The notes under the pieces are model-generated. The model was given only the letters and a program-made list of their open reading frames with translations, was not told the origin of the DNA and did no database searches. Of a stretch of DNA of 64,000 nucleotides, positions 37,437 through 47,649 are shown piece after piece. Made by a program: the position numbers and the translations under genes. Position 1 is the stretch's first letter. Each line of letters opens with the position of its first letter. This stretch comes from Coprothermobacterota bacterium (GTDB lineage Bacteria; Coprothermobacterota; Coprothermobacteria; Coprothermobacterales; Coprothermobacteraceae), in contig JAZIGN010000003.1 in NCBI GenBank assembly GCA_036679065.1, positions 32,001 through 96,000 on the forward strand, written 5' to 3'.

Positions 37437-38150
37437 TCACGCAAAACCGCTTAGGTGATTCAGCAGTTCTTCCACAGAAGGGCTTGACAAATCAACGTAG
37501 TTCACACGTTCCATGATGTCGCCCAAGTAATGGGCGTCAGAGGACTGCAGAATGCAGTAACTTGCAAGAGCGGGATGCTTCATAAGAAACTGTTCAGGGT
37601 TAACCGCATTTGAGATTTCCAAAGCATTTACACCGTCCATTTCAGGAATAAAACCCAAGTTCGACAGAACACTGAAAGAAGACCGATCCACATGAGCGAA
37701 AACTGCTATGCCACGGTGCTTCATGAGGCGAAACAGATCTTCCACACCAAATGAAGAAGAAGTCAACAGTAAGTAAGGGTATTCACTGACCAATTCGTCG
37801 TCTTCATCCATGACAAGCTGGTTACCAAAGTACTCAGGACGATTCTTCACCTTTGGCAGAGACTCTTCCCACTTCGCTTGAAAATCGTAACAGTGATCCA
37901 AAGTATGAAAGTAACAAAGCACGTGAACTTCTTCTTTGGTTTGCACCTCCATACCGGGAACCACCAAAAGGCCTTTTCTCTCTCCCAAGTTTGCTATGGC
38001 CTCCACGTTTCTGGCACTGTTGTGATCGGTAACGGCAATTATGTCCAGACCTTTCAAAACGCACATGTTCACAATGTTATTAGGGGTCATATCATCAGAA
38101 GCGCAGGGTGAAAGTGCACTGTGTATGTGGAGGTCGTAATAGAGTTTCAT
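37437..38150 (-). CDS. PHP domain phosphoesterase
   Basis: DLHIHS, AVTDHN, GME, AHVDR, SSDAH. Confidence 0.9.
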   Translation of the reverse strand: MKLYYDLHIHSALSPCASDDMTPNNIVNMCVLKGLDIIAVTDHNSARNVEAIANLGERKGLLVVPGMEVQTKEEVHVLCYFHTLDHCYDFQAKWEESLPKVKNRPEYFGNQLVMDEDDELVSEYPYLLLTSSSFGVEDLFRLMKHRGIAVFAHVDRSSFSVLSNLGFIPEMDGVNALEISNAVNPEQFLMKHPALASYCILQSSDAHYLGDIMERVNYVDLSSPSVEELLNHLSGFA

Positions 38151-38491
38151 TTAGAAAGCAGATGATACAGTTTTATGGCTGCTTCGTAGGAAGTTCCAGA
38201 AAAACTTAGAATGGGCATACCTTCTTCATTTGCCCTTTCCACTGCTTCCTTCTCCACTTCAACGCCTTCTGAAACGATGATGCAGCTCTGCTCCACCATC
38301 AGTGCAACAGCCACAATGTTCACATGACTTTGAATGGTTATCCACGCGTTCTTGGGTTTGGACTTTGCCATGACCCAGCTAAGAAGATCGCATATGTACA
38401 CGCCTTCAATGGGATTTTCCAACCCCCCATGGCCAGCTACGACCTGGAATCCTTTGTCCAGAAGATCCCTAACCTTCACTTTTACTTCCAC
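38147..38491 (-). CDS. DRTGG-domain protein
   Basis: YICDLLSWVMA...WITIQSHVNIVAVA, typical of hydrogenase-linked DRTGG/HPr-kinase-N-like proteins. Confidence 0.75.
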   Translation of the reverse strand: MEVKVKVRDLLDKGFQVVAGHGGLENPIEGVYICDLLSWVMAKSKPKNAWITIQSHVNIVAVALMVEQSCIIVSEGVEVEKEAVERANEEGMPILSFSGTSYEAAIKLYHLLSK

Positions 38492-38497
38492 CGCGAA

Positions 38498-39859
38498 TTA
38501 AGTCTCCTTTCCTTCACCCATCACAGGTGGAATTTTTCCAGCTAGCGTGTTTAGCTCCTGAGCCAAACTCTTGATCCTGTTTTTTAGAATGAAAACGCAG
38601 TCATATTCAGTAGCTAATCCCTTGACAATGTCCTCAGCCAGTGTTTTACAAGTGGGTGCACCACAGGAACCGCAGTCCAACCCAGGTAATGTGGCAAGAA
38701 CTTCATCGATTCTTTGCATCATGGTTAGTGCCCGAGCGATGTCGCTACTTAGCTCCATGGCGTCACTTCTCTCCAGAGGTTTCTTCCAACGTACTCGCTC
38801 CAGCCCCAAATCGTATTTCTTCTGATATTCGTCTTCGGCTGGCTCTTTGCCGCCACTGTTTTTGTTTTTCTGCCATTTTTCTGTGAGTTTCTTAATTCTT
38901 TGCTGAGCCACAAAATTGTTTTCCACGGTGAGAGGACCACCCACACACCCGCCCACACATGCCATGGCTTCGAGGAAATCCAAGTCCTCCATTTTGCCCA
39001 ATTCCACTTCTTCCAAAACCTTTATGACATTCTGTATGCCGTCCACGTAAATGGTGTTTTCGAGCAGTGTTCCTGAAGCTTCCCCACCGGATTTTGCCCA
39101 ACCCACACCCACCATGGATGCCTTACTTAAAGGCAAAGGATGTACTTTCTTTACCTTATCCACGATGGCGCTGTAAACACTGGCCAGGGAGAACACGCCA
39201 TCCACATCAGTCTTGTCTGTACCAATGGGCTTTCTGACGCTGGTGACCTTAGCACCACAGGGAGAGATAAAGAAAGCACCGATCTCCTCGCGTCTCAAGC
39301 CAGTCTTTCTCACTGCCTCGTCTTTTGCCAGGGTGGCAGCGGCCTCCATGGGCGTACATAAATCCAGCACGTTATCCAGAAGCGAGGGGAAACGGATCTG
39401 AATTAGTCTTACCACGGCTGGGCAGGAAGAAGAAATCACGGGTCGTCGCAATCTGTTTTCCATGAGCGCTTGACGTGTCAATCTTGAAATGATGTCAGCC
39501 CCTAAGGCTACTTCAAAAACATCGTCGAAACCGATCTCCAGAAGAGCTGTGAGAATACTGTCCACATCAACATTCTTGAACTGGCCATAAAGTGACGGAG
39601 CAGGCAAGGCTATGCGGTACTTGAATTTTTCCATGAGATCCCAACTATCTGTCACTGCCACTTTTGCATGATTAGGGCAGGCTCTGATACATTCACCGCA
39701 GTCAATACACAAGCGATCGATGATGCGTGCTTTACCATTTCTGACTCTGATAGCTTCAGCAGGACAACGCTTGATGCAGTTTGTGCATCCTTTACATTTT
39801 TCTTCGTCCAGTGTCACAGAATGGTAATACACACCTGCGTTATTGACCATCTTTTCCAA
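38498..39859 (-). CDS. [FeFe]-hydrogenase-like Fe-S protein (putative sensory, group D-like)
   Basis: N-terminal 2x4Fe-4S; divergent H-cluster motifs SSSCPAV, SPCGAK, EAMACVGGCVGG; C-terminal LPGLDCGSCGAPTC FeS domain. Confidence 0.82.
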   Translation of the reverse strand: MEKMVNNAGVYYHSVTLDEEKCKGCTNCIKRCPAEAIRVRNGKARIIDRLCIDCGECIRACPNHAKVAVTDSWDLMEKFKYRIALPAPSLYGQFKNVDVDSILTALLEIGFDDVFEVALGADIISRLTRQALMENRLRRPVISSSCPAVVRLIQIRFPSLLDNVLDLCTPMEAAATLAKDEAVRKTGLRREEIGAFFISPCGAKVTSVRKPIGTDKTDVDGVFSLASVYSAIVDKVKKVHPLPLSKASMVGVGWAKSGGEASGTLLENTIYVDGIQNVIKVLEEVELGKMEDLDFLEAMACVGGCVGGPLTVENNFVAQQRIKKLTEKWQKNKNSGGKEPAEDEYQKKYDLGLERVRWKKPLERSDAMELSSDIARALTMMQRIDEVLATLPGLDCGSCGAPTCKTLAEDIVKGLATEYDCVFILKNRIKSLAQELNTLAGKIPPVMGEGKET

Positions 39860-40292
39860 AGAACAGGACCTCCATGACCAGTTTTGTGCCTTCAGGACCC
39901 GTGGTTATGTCCAGCCTATCCGTATTAGCTTTTATGTTTGGTAAGCCCATGCCGGCTCCGAAGCCCATCTCCCTGGCTTCCTCAGGCGCCGTACTGTAAC
40001 CTTCTTCCATGGCCTTGTTCAAGTCTTCAATACCGGGCCCATTATCTTCAGCCACCATGACCAATCTGTCAGGGTATATGTCAATCTGCAGGTGCCCACC
40101 TAATGAGTGTATGATAATGTTCATCTCGGCTTCATAGCAAGCCACACAGCAACGTCTTACCAGCTCTGGTGGCAAGGAGAGTTGCTTCAGCACAGCCCGC
40201 AAAGCACTAGAAACTTCGCCACCTCTTACGTAGTCTTTAGCCTTTACATCATATTCAAGCCTATAAGATGCGGCTAATTTCTCCATATTCAT
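39840..40292 (-). CDS. anti-sigma-factor-like Ser/Thr kinase (RsbT/RsbW-type HATPase)
   Basis: YEAEMNIIIH, DNGPGI, GFGAGMGLPNI, GT. Confidence 0.85.
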   Translation of the reverse strand: MNMEKLAASYRLEYDVKAKDYVRGGEVSSALRAVLKQLSLPPELVRRCCVACYEAEMNIIIHSLGGHLQIDIYPDRLVMVAEDNGPGIEDLNKAMEEGYSTAPEEAREMGFGAGMGLPNIKANTDRLDITTGPEGTKLVMEVLFFGKDGQ

Positions 40293-40632
40293 CAGGAACT
40301 AAACCCCTCGAGAACAATAGTCCACATGCCACAAACATGGGATATTTGCATCTCATCAGTACAATGCCTGCCTCCTTCGCCAGCTCCACGGTCTCCGTGC
40401 TGGGACACTTTCCTCGAACAAATACGATGCATTTCACATCACCCACCACTTCAGCAGTGCGAACTACTTGAGGATTGGTCAAGCCAGTCAGTAGAACGCC
40501 TTTGTCACCTTTCCAAGCTAGAACATCACTCATCAAATCAGCACCACAGGCACCAAAAACCTCTTGATCCAATCTGTCTTCGCCTGACAAAACCTCAGCA
40601 TCAAGAATCTCTTTCACTTCATACAGCTTCAT
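40261..40632 (-). CDS. DRTGG-domain protein
   Basis: GADLMSDVL, LLTGLTNPQVVRTAE, FVRGK. Confidence 0.8.
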   Translation of the reverse strand: MKLYEVKEILDAEVLSGEDRLDQEVFGACGADLMSDVLAWKGDKGVLLTGLTNPQVVRTAEVVGDVKCIVFVRGKCPSTETVELAKEAGIVLMRCKYPMFVACGLLFSRGLVPDEYGEISRIL

Positions 40633-40644
40633 GCAGTTACTCCT

Positions 40645-41121
40645 TCATTCCACTAATGATTTCTTAAGTAGGCCCAGCACCAGCAACGCTAAAACGCCTC
40701 CCATGACAGCAGTTGCCAGCTGTGGGAACGTGAACATCTCTACCAAAACAGCTGGAGCTTTCACACCAAACAGCGGAAGCATGTAATACACAGAAGCGCT
40801 AAGCCACAAAAACTTCACCACAGAACCCAAAACCATACCAACTGGTTTATTTCTCATCCCTGAGAATACAAGCACATACAAAGCGTTCCCGACCATGATA
40901 AAAGGAATCACGGGAGGGAACTTCATTATGCCAAAAAGAAAAGCCAAAACAGGGGTAAAGAGGCCAATGATCACACCAGACCACATTCCCACGTATCCAG
41001 CAGAAATAAGTAACATGCCATTTACTAAGGTGCCCGTAATTAGCTGTGGGGCACGAAAAGATTGGAATATAACGGTAAGGGCCAGAAGAATGGCGGTCCT
41101 GGTGATGAATCGTACGGACAT
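40645..41121 (-). CDS. ECF transporter S component
   Basis: Five to six TM segments; ITGTLVN, GN, PQLATA. Confidence 0.75.
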   Translation of the reverse strand: MSVRFITRTAILLALTVIFQSFRAPQLITGTLVNGMLLISAGYVGMWSGVIIGLFTPVLAFLFGIMKFPPVIPFIMVGNALYVLVFSGMRNKPVGMVLGSVVKFLWLSASVYYMLPLFGVKAPAVLVEMFTFPQLATAVMGGVLALLVLGLLKKSLVE

Positions 41122-41210
41122 GCTCTACACCCCTTTCCAATATGTGATAATTTTCCTTTTTTATTTTACCATACCAGGTTTTTCCTTGAACAGGAACCCA
41201 GGCTCACCAG

Positions 41211-42635
41211 TTAAGTGTTCTGAGTGACTGTGAACTGCTGAATTACTTCACCATCCACGTTTTTGAACAAAAGCTCGGCTTCGTTTTGCTTTACTGTGAC
41301 TTCCAAGTAGCCCCAGGAATCACCGTAAAACCACTTGGAGTAATCTGACTTGATCGGCCTAGAACCTGGTACACCTCCACCGGCTACTCCATCCAGAACG
41401 TAGGTTACACCATCCTTTCCCAGAAGCTCCATATGATGGTTATGCCCTGATAGGACCAAATCCACATTGTATTTCTCAAAAAGTGGCGAGATCAGTCTGG
41501 TGGTGTCTTCGTGGTCAGCCCAAACACGTCCAGTTTCAATATCACCTGAAGAATAATAGAAGCAGTGTGAAATTGCTATGGCCCAGTCTTCCTGAGGTAT
41601 GGAACTCAGCTGGTCCTCCAGCCATTTTTTCTGCTCTGGAGTAAATTCCTCAGTACCCCAGAGAACTTCCAGCACAAGGAAATGCACGTTTCCCACATCT
41701 ATTCTGTGATAAAGTTCGTTTCCGCTGTCTATTCTGACTCCGTTAGCACCGTAGAAGTAATTCCTAAAGTGATACAAGCCTCCTATGAGAGTGTCATGGT
41801 TTCCCAAGACCAGGGCAACAGGTTTAGTCATGTTCTCACTTACATCAGAGAAAAACTCGCTCCAGTAGCCGTTAACCATGCCCAAGTCCACAATGTCGCC
41901 GTTCATAAAAAACAGGTTCACATTTGGGTCTTCGCCGATGCTACGTAGTATCTGCGTTCGCTCATCGCCATTAGCATCAGAACCTCCATAGTGAAAATCA
42001 GATGCCACAGCAAACGTCACCAACGTACCCGTTTTTGCCAAAGGTGGCGTACTAAAGGTTAGGCCCATCCTCTTATCCACTACGTAATAATACTCCGTTC
42101 CTGGCTGGAGATCCGTAAAGTGAAAGAGATGTTCCTTCACAGGCTTAGAATCGCCAAAAGCTTGTAGGTTGTCTCGCGTGCCCCAGCCACCAATCACAAC
42201 TGTTGGTGTTTCCGTACGAAAATACACATAGAGATTGGGTATGCCATGGATACCTGTGCTGGGCTCCACCAACAGTATTGGCTCAGTACTACTAAGGAGA
42301 GAATACGCGGGCACTACTACGTAAAAAACAATACCAATGCAAACAACGATCACCGCAACAGACAGAATGTTAAGTATCCATGACCCTACTTTGAACCAAG
42401 TGCGGCTTACAACGCCCCGTAGGAGCCAGAGAATAAGTGCCACTGCTGGCACCAGAAGACCAAGGCCGATAATGATATTCAGTAAGCGTCTGTAGTCGTG
42501 GTTCCAATTGTAAAGCCCCCATGTCCCGTGTTGAGAAAAAGCCCATATTGCCAAAACAAGAAAGAACAAGAAACTTGTAAGTGACAATATGAGGGTACCC
42601 CTGCCGATCTTATTCTTACGTTGAGACATACTCAT
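41211..42635 (-). CDS. membrane-anchored metallophosphoesterase (purple acid phosphatase-like)
   Basis: Three N-terminal TM segments, an FN3-like segment, and SDFH, GDIVD, GNHD, SGHNH motifs. Confidence 0.85.
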   Translation of the reverse strand: MSMSQRKNKIGRGTLILSLTSFLFFLVLAIWAFSQHGTWGLYNWNHDYRRLLNIIIGLGLLVPAVALILWLLRGVVSRTWFKVGSWILNILSVAVIVVCIGIVFYVVVPAYSLLSSTEPILLVEPSTGIHGIPNLYVYFRTETPTVVIGGWGTRDNLQAFGDSKPVKEHLFHFTDLQPGTEYYYVVDKRMGLTFSTPPLAKTGTLVTFAVASDFHYGGSDANGDERTQILRSIGEDPNVNLFFMNGDIVDLGMVNGYWSEFFSDVSENMTKPVALVLGNHDTLIGGLYHFRNYFYGANGVRIDSGNELYHRIDVGNVHFLVLEVLWGTEEFTPEQKKWLEDQLSSIPQEDWAIAISHCFYYSSGDIETGRVWADHEDTTRLISPLFEKYNVDLVLSGHNHHMELLGKDGVTYVLDGVAGGGVPGSRPIKSDYSKWFYGDSWGYLEVTVKQNEAELLFKNVDGEVIQQFTVTQNT

Positions 42636-42749
42636 CGCACCTCCCTACTTGCCCTTAAGTTTACCATTGTGGAGGTTAATTAGCATGACTATAACCAATT
42701 GAGAATTCACCAAAAGAGTTCCGTGGTAAAATACAAATGGTGATGACAT

Positions 42750-43067
42750 ATGAGCGATTATTCAAATGAGCAATTGTTAAAAGATGAGATGCTTGTCTGC
42801 AATTTGGCTGACTTCTTTGATATTTTCGGTGATACGTCCCGCATCAAGATACTACTTGCTTTGCACGATAAGCCTCTGCCTGTGTCCAGCATAGCCGAAC
42901 TCACAGGACTTTCCCCTTCAGCTGTATCCCATCATCTTTCGCTACTTCGCGGAAGGCGCGTGGTAAAAGTTGAACGCAAAGGCAAGTACAGAGTGTATGA
43001 ATTAGACGACGATCATGTGAGCTCCGTACTGAAAATGGCCATAAGCCACATCCAGGAGGTGAAATAG
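42750..43067 (+). CDS. ArsR/SmtB family metal-responsive repressor
   Basis: GDTSRIKIL, SPSAVSHHL, and YELDDDHV...ISHIQE alpha5-type site. Confidence 0.92.
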   Translation: MSDYSNEQLLKDEMLVCNLADFFDIFGDTSRIKILLALHDKPLPVSSIAELTGLSPSAVSHHLSLLRGRRVVKVERKGKYRVYELDDDHVSSVLKMAISHIQEVK

Positions 43068-43068
43068 G

Positions 43069-45028
43069 GTGAGAACAACCCTCACTGCAACTCAGCTCAA
43101 GTGCCCAAAGTGTGCTGTTCACATTGAAGAAGAAATAAAGAAGAAAAACCTAGCGCGAGATCTGGTTATTGACGTGCCCACAGGCATCATAAGTGTGGAA
43201 GCTGATGAGGAACAACTAATCCAAATAAAGAGGCTACTTTCGCAGGCCGGCTTGTACCACGAGGAGCACGAAGAAAGAACAGAACGTTTTATTACTATTT
43301 CAGGTCTTGTTTTGTTTGCAATCGGTTTTGCTGCCATTCGGCTTAGCCGACCTGTGGGTATTACTTTTTTGGTTGTGAGCTCCATAATAAACGGCTATCC
43401 ACGTGTGCACGAGCTGGTTCACAACTTAAGTGTGGGTGTGCTGGACATTTTCGATGAAAACCTACTTATGCTTTTAGGCGGAACTGGAGGGTTCATAGCC
43501 GGTGCTTATGTGGAAGCAGCCATGGTTTTTAACCTGTATGCCTTAGCCGAGATCATAGAGGAGTCTGTGAAAAAGAAAGCACAAGAGGGATTAAGAAGCA
43601 TATTGACTGACATACCTGACAGCGCCATGCTGATAAAAGAACAGCAACTCGTAGCGGTAGAGGTGGAACAACTTAAAGCTGGAGACCACATTCGGTTCAC
43701 AGCAGGTGATACGGTACCAGTGGACGTCGTCTTGGTTTCTCCCGCCTTAGTCGATGAAAGCGTCGTAACTGGTGAAAGTGCACCTGTAAACCATGAACCA
43801 GGTGACATGGTACTGTCAGGATCAAAGCTGCTTACTCCTTGTGATGCAGAAGTATTAAGACCCCTGCAGGAAAGCAACCTAGCACAAGTACAGAAAACCA
43901 TCGCTCAAACGTTAAGTAGAAAGAGTGCTTTTAGATCTTGGATGGAGCGTTTTACAAACGTGTATTCGCCTTTGGTACTCATAAGCGCTGTGGCGGTTTT
44001 CTTGTTCGGCTTATTGTCTGGAAATGCGTTTTCTGTGGCTGTTTATCGTAGTTCAGTTTTACTTCTCATTGCTTGTCCTTGTTCTCTACTGCTGGCTTCA
44101 CCTTCAGCTGTGTCAGCGGCTGTTTCTACGCTGGCACGCCAGGGCGTACTGGTTAGAAACACTGATGCCTTGGAGAAGCTTCCACAAGTGAGAACAGTGG
44201 TTTTCGATAAGACCGGAACCATTACTACAGGCCGCATGAAGATCACCGAAGCTCAGATAAGCGATGAATATTTAGCCTTGGTTGCTTCAGTGGAATCTTA
44301 CTTTAAGCATCCTGTAGCTGACACTATCGTTGCTTATGCTGCAGAAAAGAACATTGTTTTGAAAGAAGCAAAAGTTAGACAAGATGGAAATGTCATTACC
44401 GGAGAAGTAGAAAACCATCAAGTGGAGCTAACAATGAAAGACCTGCTGCAGGTGAAAGTTGATGGAATGGATGTTGGGTTTTTTAAGGTTGAAGAAGAGC
44501 TCCGTGATGAGGCCCCCTGGTGTTATACAGCGTCTTAAAGATCAGGGTTACAAAGTAATCATACTAAGTGGAGATCAGCCCGAGAAAGTGGAAACCCTGG
44601 CAAGACACCTGACAGTCGATGAATACTACTCAAATATGACTCCCGATGGTAAACAAGCTTTTATCAAAGAACTTGAAAAGCGAGAACACTGCTTAATGGT
44701 AGGAGACGGTCTTAACGATGCCCTAGCGCTCTCTGAGGCTCACGTGTCCGTGGCACTGCCAGATAGACAGATTAAGACCATTGTAGAAACCGCTGATTTC
44801 ATACTAAGCGGGACATTAACGCCGCTGGTTAATTTGCCCAGTTATGCCCAGTCGTACACAAGTACTGTAAAAACCAATGTGGGATTGTCCCTGGGAATAA
44901 AAGTAGCCATCTTTACTACAAGCCTTTTGGGCTACGTAGCACTGCCGTTGGCCGTTGTGGCTGACGAAGGCACTGCATTACTCGTACTGCTGAACAGTCT
45001 CAGATTAACAAGCAGAGCCTCCCATTAA
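43069..45028 (+). pseudogene. cadA: heavy-metal P1B-type ATPase (CadA/ZntA-like), split by a +1 frameshift near 44513-44517
   Basis: ORF1 has CPKC, TGES, CPC, DKTGT and HP. ORF2, in another frame, has SGD and GDGLNDA. Removing one C from the C5 run joins them (EAPGVIQRLK). Confidence 0.85.
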
Positions 45029-45040
45029 GAAGGAGGCTCT
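45012..45040. terminator. stem-loop between convergent genes
   Basis: CAGAGCCTCC-N9-GGAGGCTCTG, a perfect 10-bp stem. Confidence 0.6.
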
Positions 45041-45070
45041 GTACTCTACTATGCACTCAACCGATCTTAC

Positions 45071-46015
45071 TTATTTACGGCGTCCTTTTTGGTTCTCAAA
45101 GCTAGGACCCTTTCCTTGGTTCTCAAAACCAGGGCCTTTTCCTTTGTCAAAGTCGTTCTTAAGAGCGTGGGTTAGCCAACCTGGTACGGGTAGTCCCTGT
45201 TTCTCCAGCTCAGCGCTGATTTTATCCGTTAACATTTTTAGCGCCGTTTCAAATTTATCTTGTGACACGCCAAAGTTGCTTAGAGCCTGTATCAACGTGT
45301 GATCTGTTGTGTAGCTGAGCACCTGGTCCAGCGTTACACCTGTAGTAGAAGTTACAATAGCTTGAGCCTTGATTATTTCTACTAACCCAACATCATACTT
45401 CTCTCTCAGGTTATCAAGATTTGTGGTGCTGGTGCCGAGCGCCGAAGCAACTACTTGATAAACTTTACTCAGTTGCAAAGTACTCAGAGGTGTCGTGGTA
45501 GCTGTATTACGGTAACTCCACCTGTTGCCTAAACCAAGGCCTTTTCCCAAGCCGCGTAGACCTGGAATGTTTATTCCAGCATTCTTCAGCTCAGCTGTGA
45601 TCTTGTCCGTTAGCGTTTCCAGAGAAGTTTTGAACTTGTCAAGATCCACGCCAAAGTAGTTAAGTCCTTCAATTAGCTTGTGCTCCGTCATGTAGCTTAG
45701 AACCTTGTCTAAAGTTACAGCAGTGGTAGCAGTGACCACAGCTTGAGCTTTGATTATTGCTCCTAACCCAATGTCATATTTCTCTTCCAAGTTTTTGAGA
45801 TTTGTAGTGGTAGTGCTAAGCGCTGAGGCGACTATTTGGTAAGCTCTATTCAGCTGCTCAGTACTTAGTGGTGTAGCAGTAAGTGGTGCGTTTGCTGTTG
45901 TCATGCGATTGTTTAACTTTAAACCAACGCCATTTCCTTGAGCAGCCAATGTTACCGCTGGGAATATGGCAGCGAGAAGCACTATGACTGCTGCTATTGC
46001 GAGTAGCTTTTTCAT
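45071..46015 (-). CDS. secreted hypothetical protein with internal duplicated domain
   Basis: Sec signal peptide (MKKLLAIAAVIVLLAAIFPAVTLA); two homologous domains 127 aa apart; AGGAGG SD. Confidence 0.8.
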   Translation of the reverse strand: MKKLLAIAAVIVLLAAIFPAVTLAAQGNGVGLKLNNRMTTANAPLTATPLSTEQLNRAYQIVASALSTTTTNLKNLEEKYDIGLGAIIKAQAVVTATTAVTLDKVLSYMTEHKLIEGLNYFGVDLDKFKTSLETLTDKITAELKNAGINIPGLRGLGKGLGLGNRWSYRNTATTTPLSTLQLSKVYQVVASALGTSTTNLDNLREKYDVGLVEIIKAQAIVTSTTGVTLDQVLSYTTDHTLIQALSNFGVSQDKFETALKMLTDKISAELEKQGLPVPGWLTHALKNDFDKGKGPGFENQGKGPSFENQKGRRK

Positions 46016-46115
46016 TCTTGTCTCCCTCCTTTCCGCCGAGAGTTTAATCGGCTCTTGGCTAACCTGTATTTATATACGTTCAAAACCAGTAGAAAGTTTC
46101 ATCAATTCACATTCA

Positions 46116-47492
46116 CTAAGGAAGAGTTGTTTTAAACCCTCCTGCGGCCAGGGCTTCTTCAAGCTCTTGACGAATGGCTTCCAAGTCTTCTGGGTTCTTG
46201 GCTTCGTACCTGACAATGATCTCAGGGCCAGTGTTAGAAGCACGAACCAATCCCCATCCGCTCTTTATGTAGACACGTACTCCATCAACATCCACCAGTG
46301 GGTATCCTTTACCGGCGAAGTAACTCTTCACAAATTCCACCAGTTGGAACTTTTTCTCATCGCTGAATTCCAAGCGTATCTCAGGGCTGGCATGGTACAC
46401 GGGTATGGTACTGACAAGATCAGAAAGCTTCTTCCCAGATTCTTTAATAAGCCTAAGGAGTCGCAAAGCGGAATAAAGCGCATCATCGTAACCGTAATAC
46501 TCATCGGCAAAGAACATGTGGCCGGACATCTCACCAGCAAAAGGACTCCCCAACTCTCTCATTTTTGCTTTTATAAGACTGTGGCCAGTTTTGTACATGA
46601 CCACTTCGGCACCCATTCTTTTGAGTTCTTCAACCAAGGCCTCTGAACATTTAACTTCCACAATGGCTTTTACAGTCTTGGGATCACGCTTGCTTAGGAT
46701 TTCACGCCAAAACAGAATCATGAGCACGTCTCCAAAAAGTATGTTTCCTTTGTCATCCACCACACCAAGTCTGTCGCCATCGCCATCGAAACCCAAACCT
46801 AAGTCCAGCTTCTTATCCAGAACTAACTTCTTAAGATCTTGCATGTTCTCTGCTTTCACTGGGTCTGGCTGGTGATGAGGAAAATTGGGATCTGAATCGC
46901 AGTAAAGTGGCTCCACCTGTGCGCCCGCACGCCCAAGCAACTGCGGAGCAAACAGGGAAGCAGTACCGTTACCGCAGTCTACACCCACATGTAGGGGAAG
47001 AGTGGTACCTATCTTTTCAAGTAAGTCCTTGAAATAATCCTCTTTGTGGTCGTAGGGCTCAGCACGCCCTTCACCGGCGACAAAATCGTCATTTTCCACC
47101 ATGTCTGCAATTACTTGAATTTGGTCACCATAAAGCGTGCTTTCCCCCAAGAACAGCTTGAACCCATTGTATTGAGGTGGATTATGACTTGCAGTTACCA
47201 TGACGCCAGCACCCACACCTTTTGTGACGCAAGCATGGTAGAACAATGGCGTTATAACGGTCCCCAGATCGTAAACGTAAATGCCTGACTTGGTTAATCC
47301 TTCGATGACCGCATCTCTTAGCTTCGGTGAACTCTTCCTATTGTCAGCTCCCACGAACATTTCTGAGTAACCACGTTCCCTTGCGTATTTGCCAAAAGCT
47401 CTGGCAATACCAAAAGCTGCTTCGCTTGTTAAATCCTGATCAGCCACTCCGCGAATATCGTATTCTCTGAACATTTCACGGTTTATTCTCAT
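46116..47492 (-). CDS. phosphomannomutase/phosphoglucomutase
   Basis: FREYDIRG, TASHNP, DGDGDR, GEMSGH, RASNT. Confidence 0.95.
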   Translation of the reverse strand: MRINREMFREYDIRGVADQDLTSEAAFGIARAFGKYARERGYSEMFVGADNRKSSPKLRDAVIEGLTKSGIYVYDLGTVITPLFYHACVTKGVGAGVMVTASHNPPQYNGFKLFLGESTLYGDQIQVIADMVENDDFVAGEGRAEPYDHKEDYFKDLLEKIGTTLPLHVGVDCGNGTASLFAPQLLGRAGAQVEPLYCDSDPNFPHHQPDPVKAENMQDLKKLVLDKKLDLGLGFDGDGDRLGVVDDKGNILFGDVLMILFWREILSKRDPKTVKAIVEVKCSEALVEELKRMGAEVVMYKTGHSLIKAKMRELGSPFAGEMSGHMFFADEYYGYDDALYSALRLLRLIKESGKKLSDLVSTIPVYHASPEIRLEFSDEKKFQLVEFVKSYFAGKGYPLVDVDGVRVYIKSGWGLVRASNTGPEIIVRYEAKNPEDLEAIRQELEEALAAGGFKTTLP

Positions 47493-47649
47493 GATTCCCA
47501 ACCTCCCTTGTTATTCTGAATACCGATCATTCACAAGAATCATATTCCGCACACACACCCAAATGCGCTCCGGCTACCTGAAAACTAAACTCTTCCTTAA
47601 GATTATTTTCTCATAACTGCATTGTATAATCACAGAGGAGGTGATTTGA

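Noticed and set aside
44459..45028. 189-aa ORF as an independent HAD hydrolase gene
   Set aside because: It is the C-terminal part of the frameshifted P1B ATPase.
45966..46646. 226-aa plus-strand ORF
   Set aside because: Runs antisense across two well-supported genes; no recognisable features.
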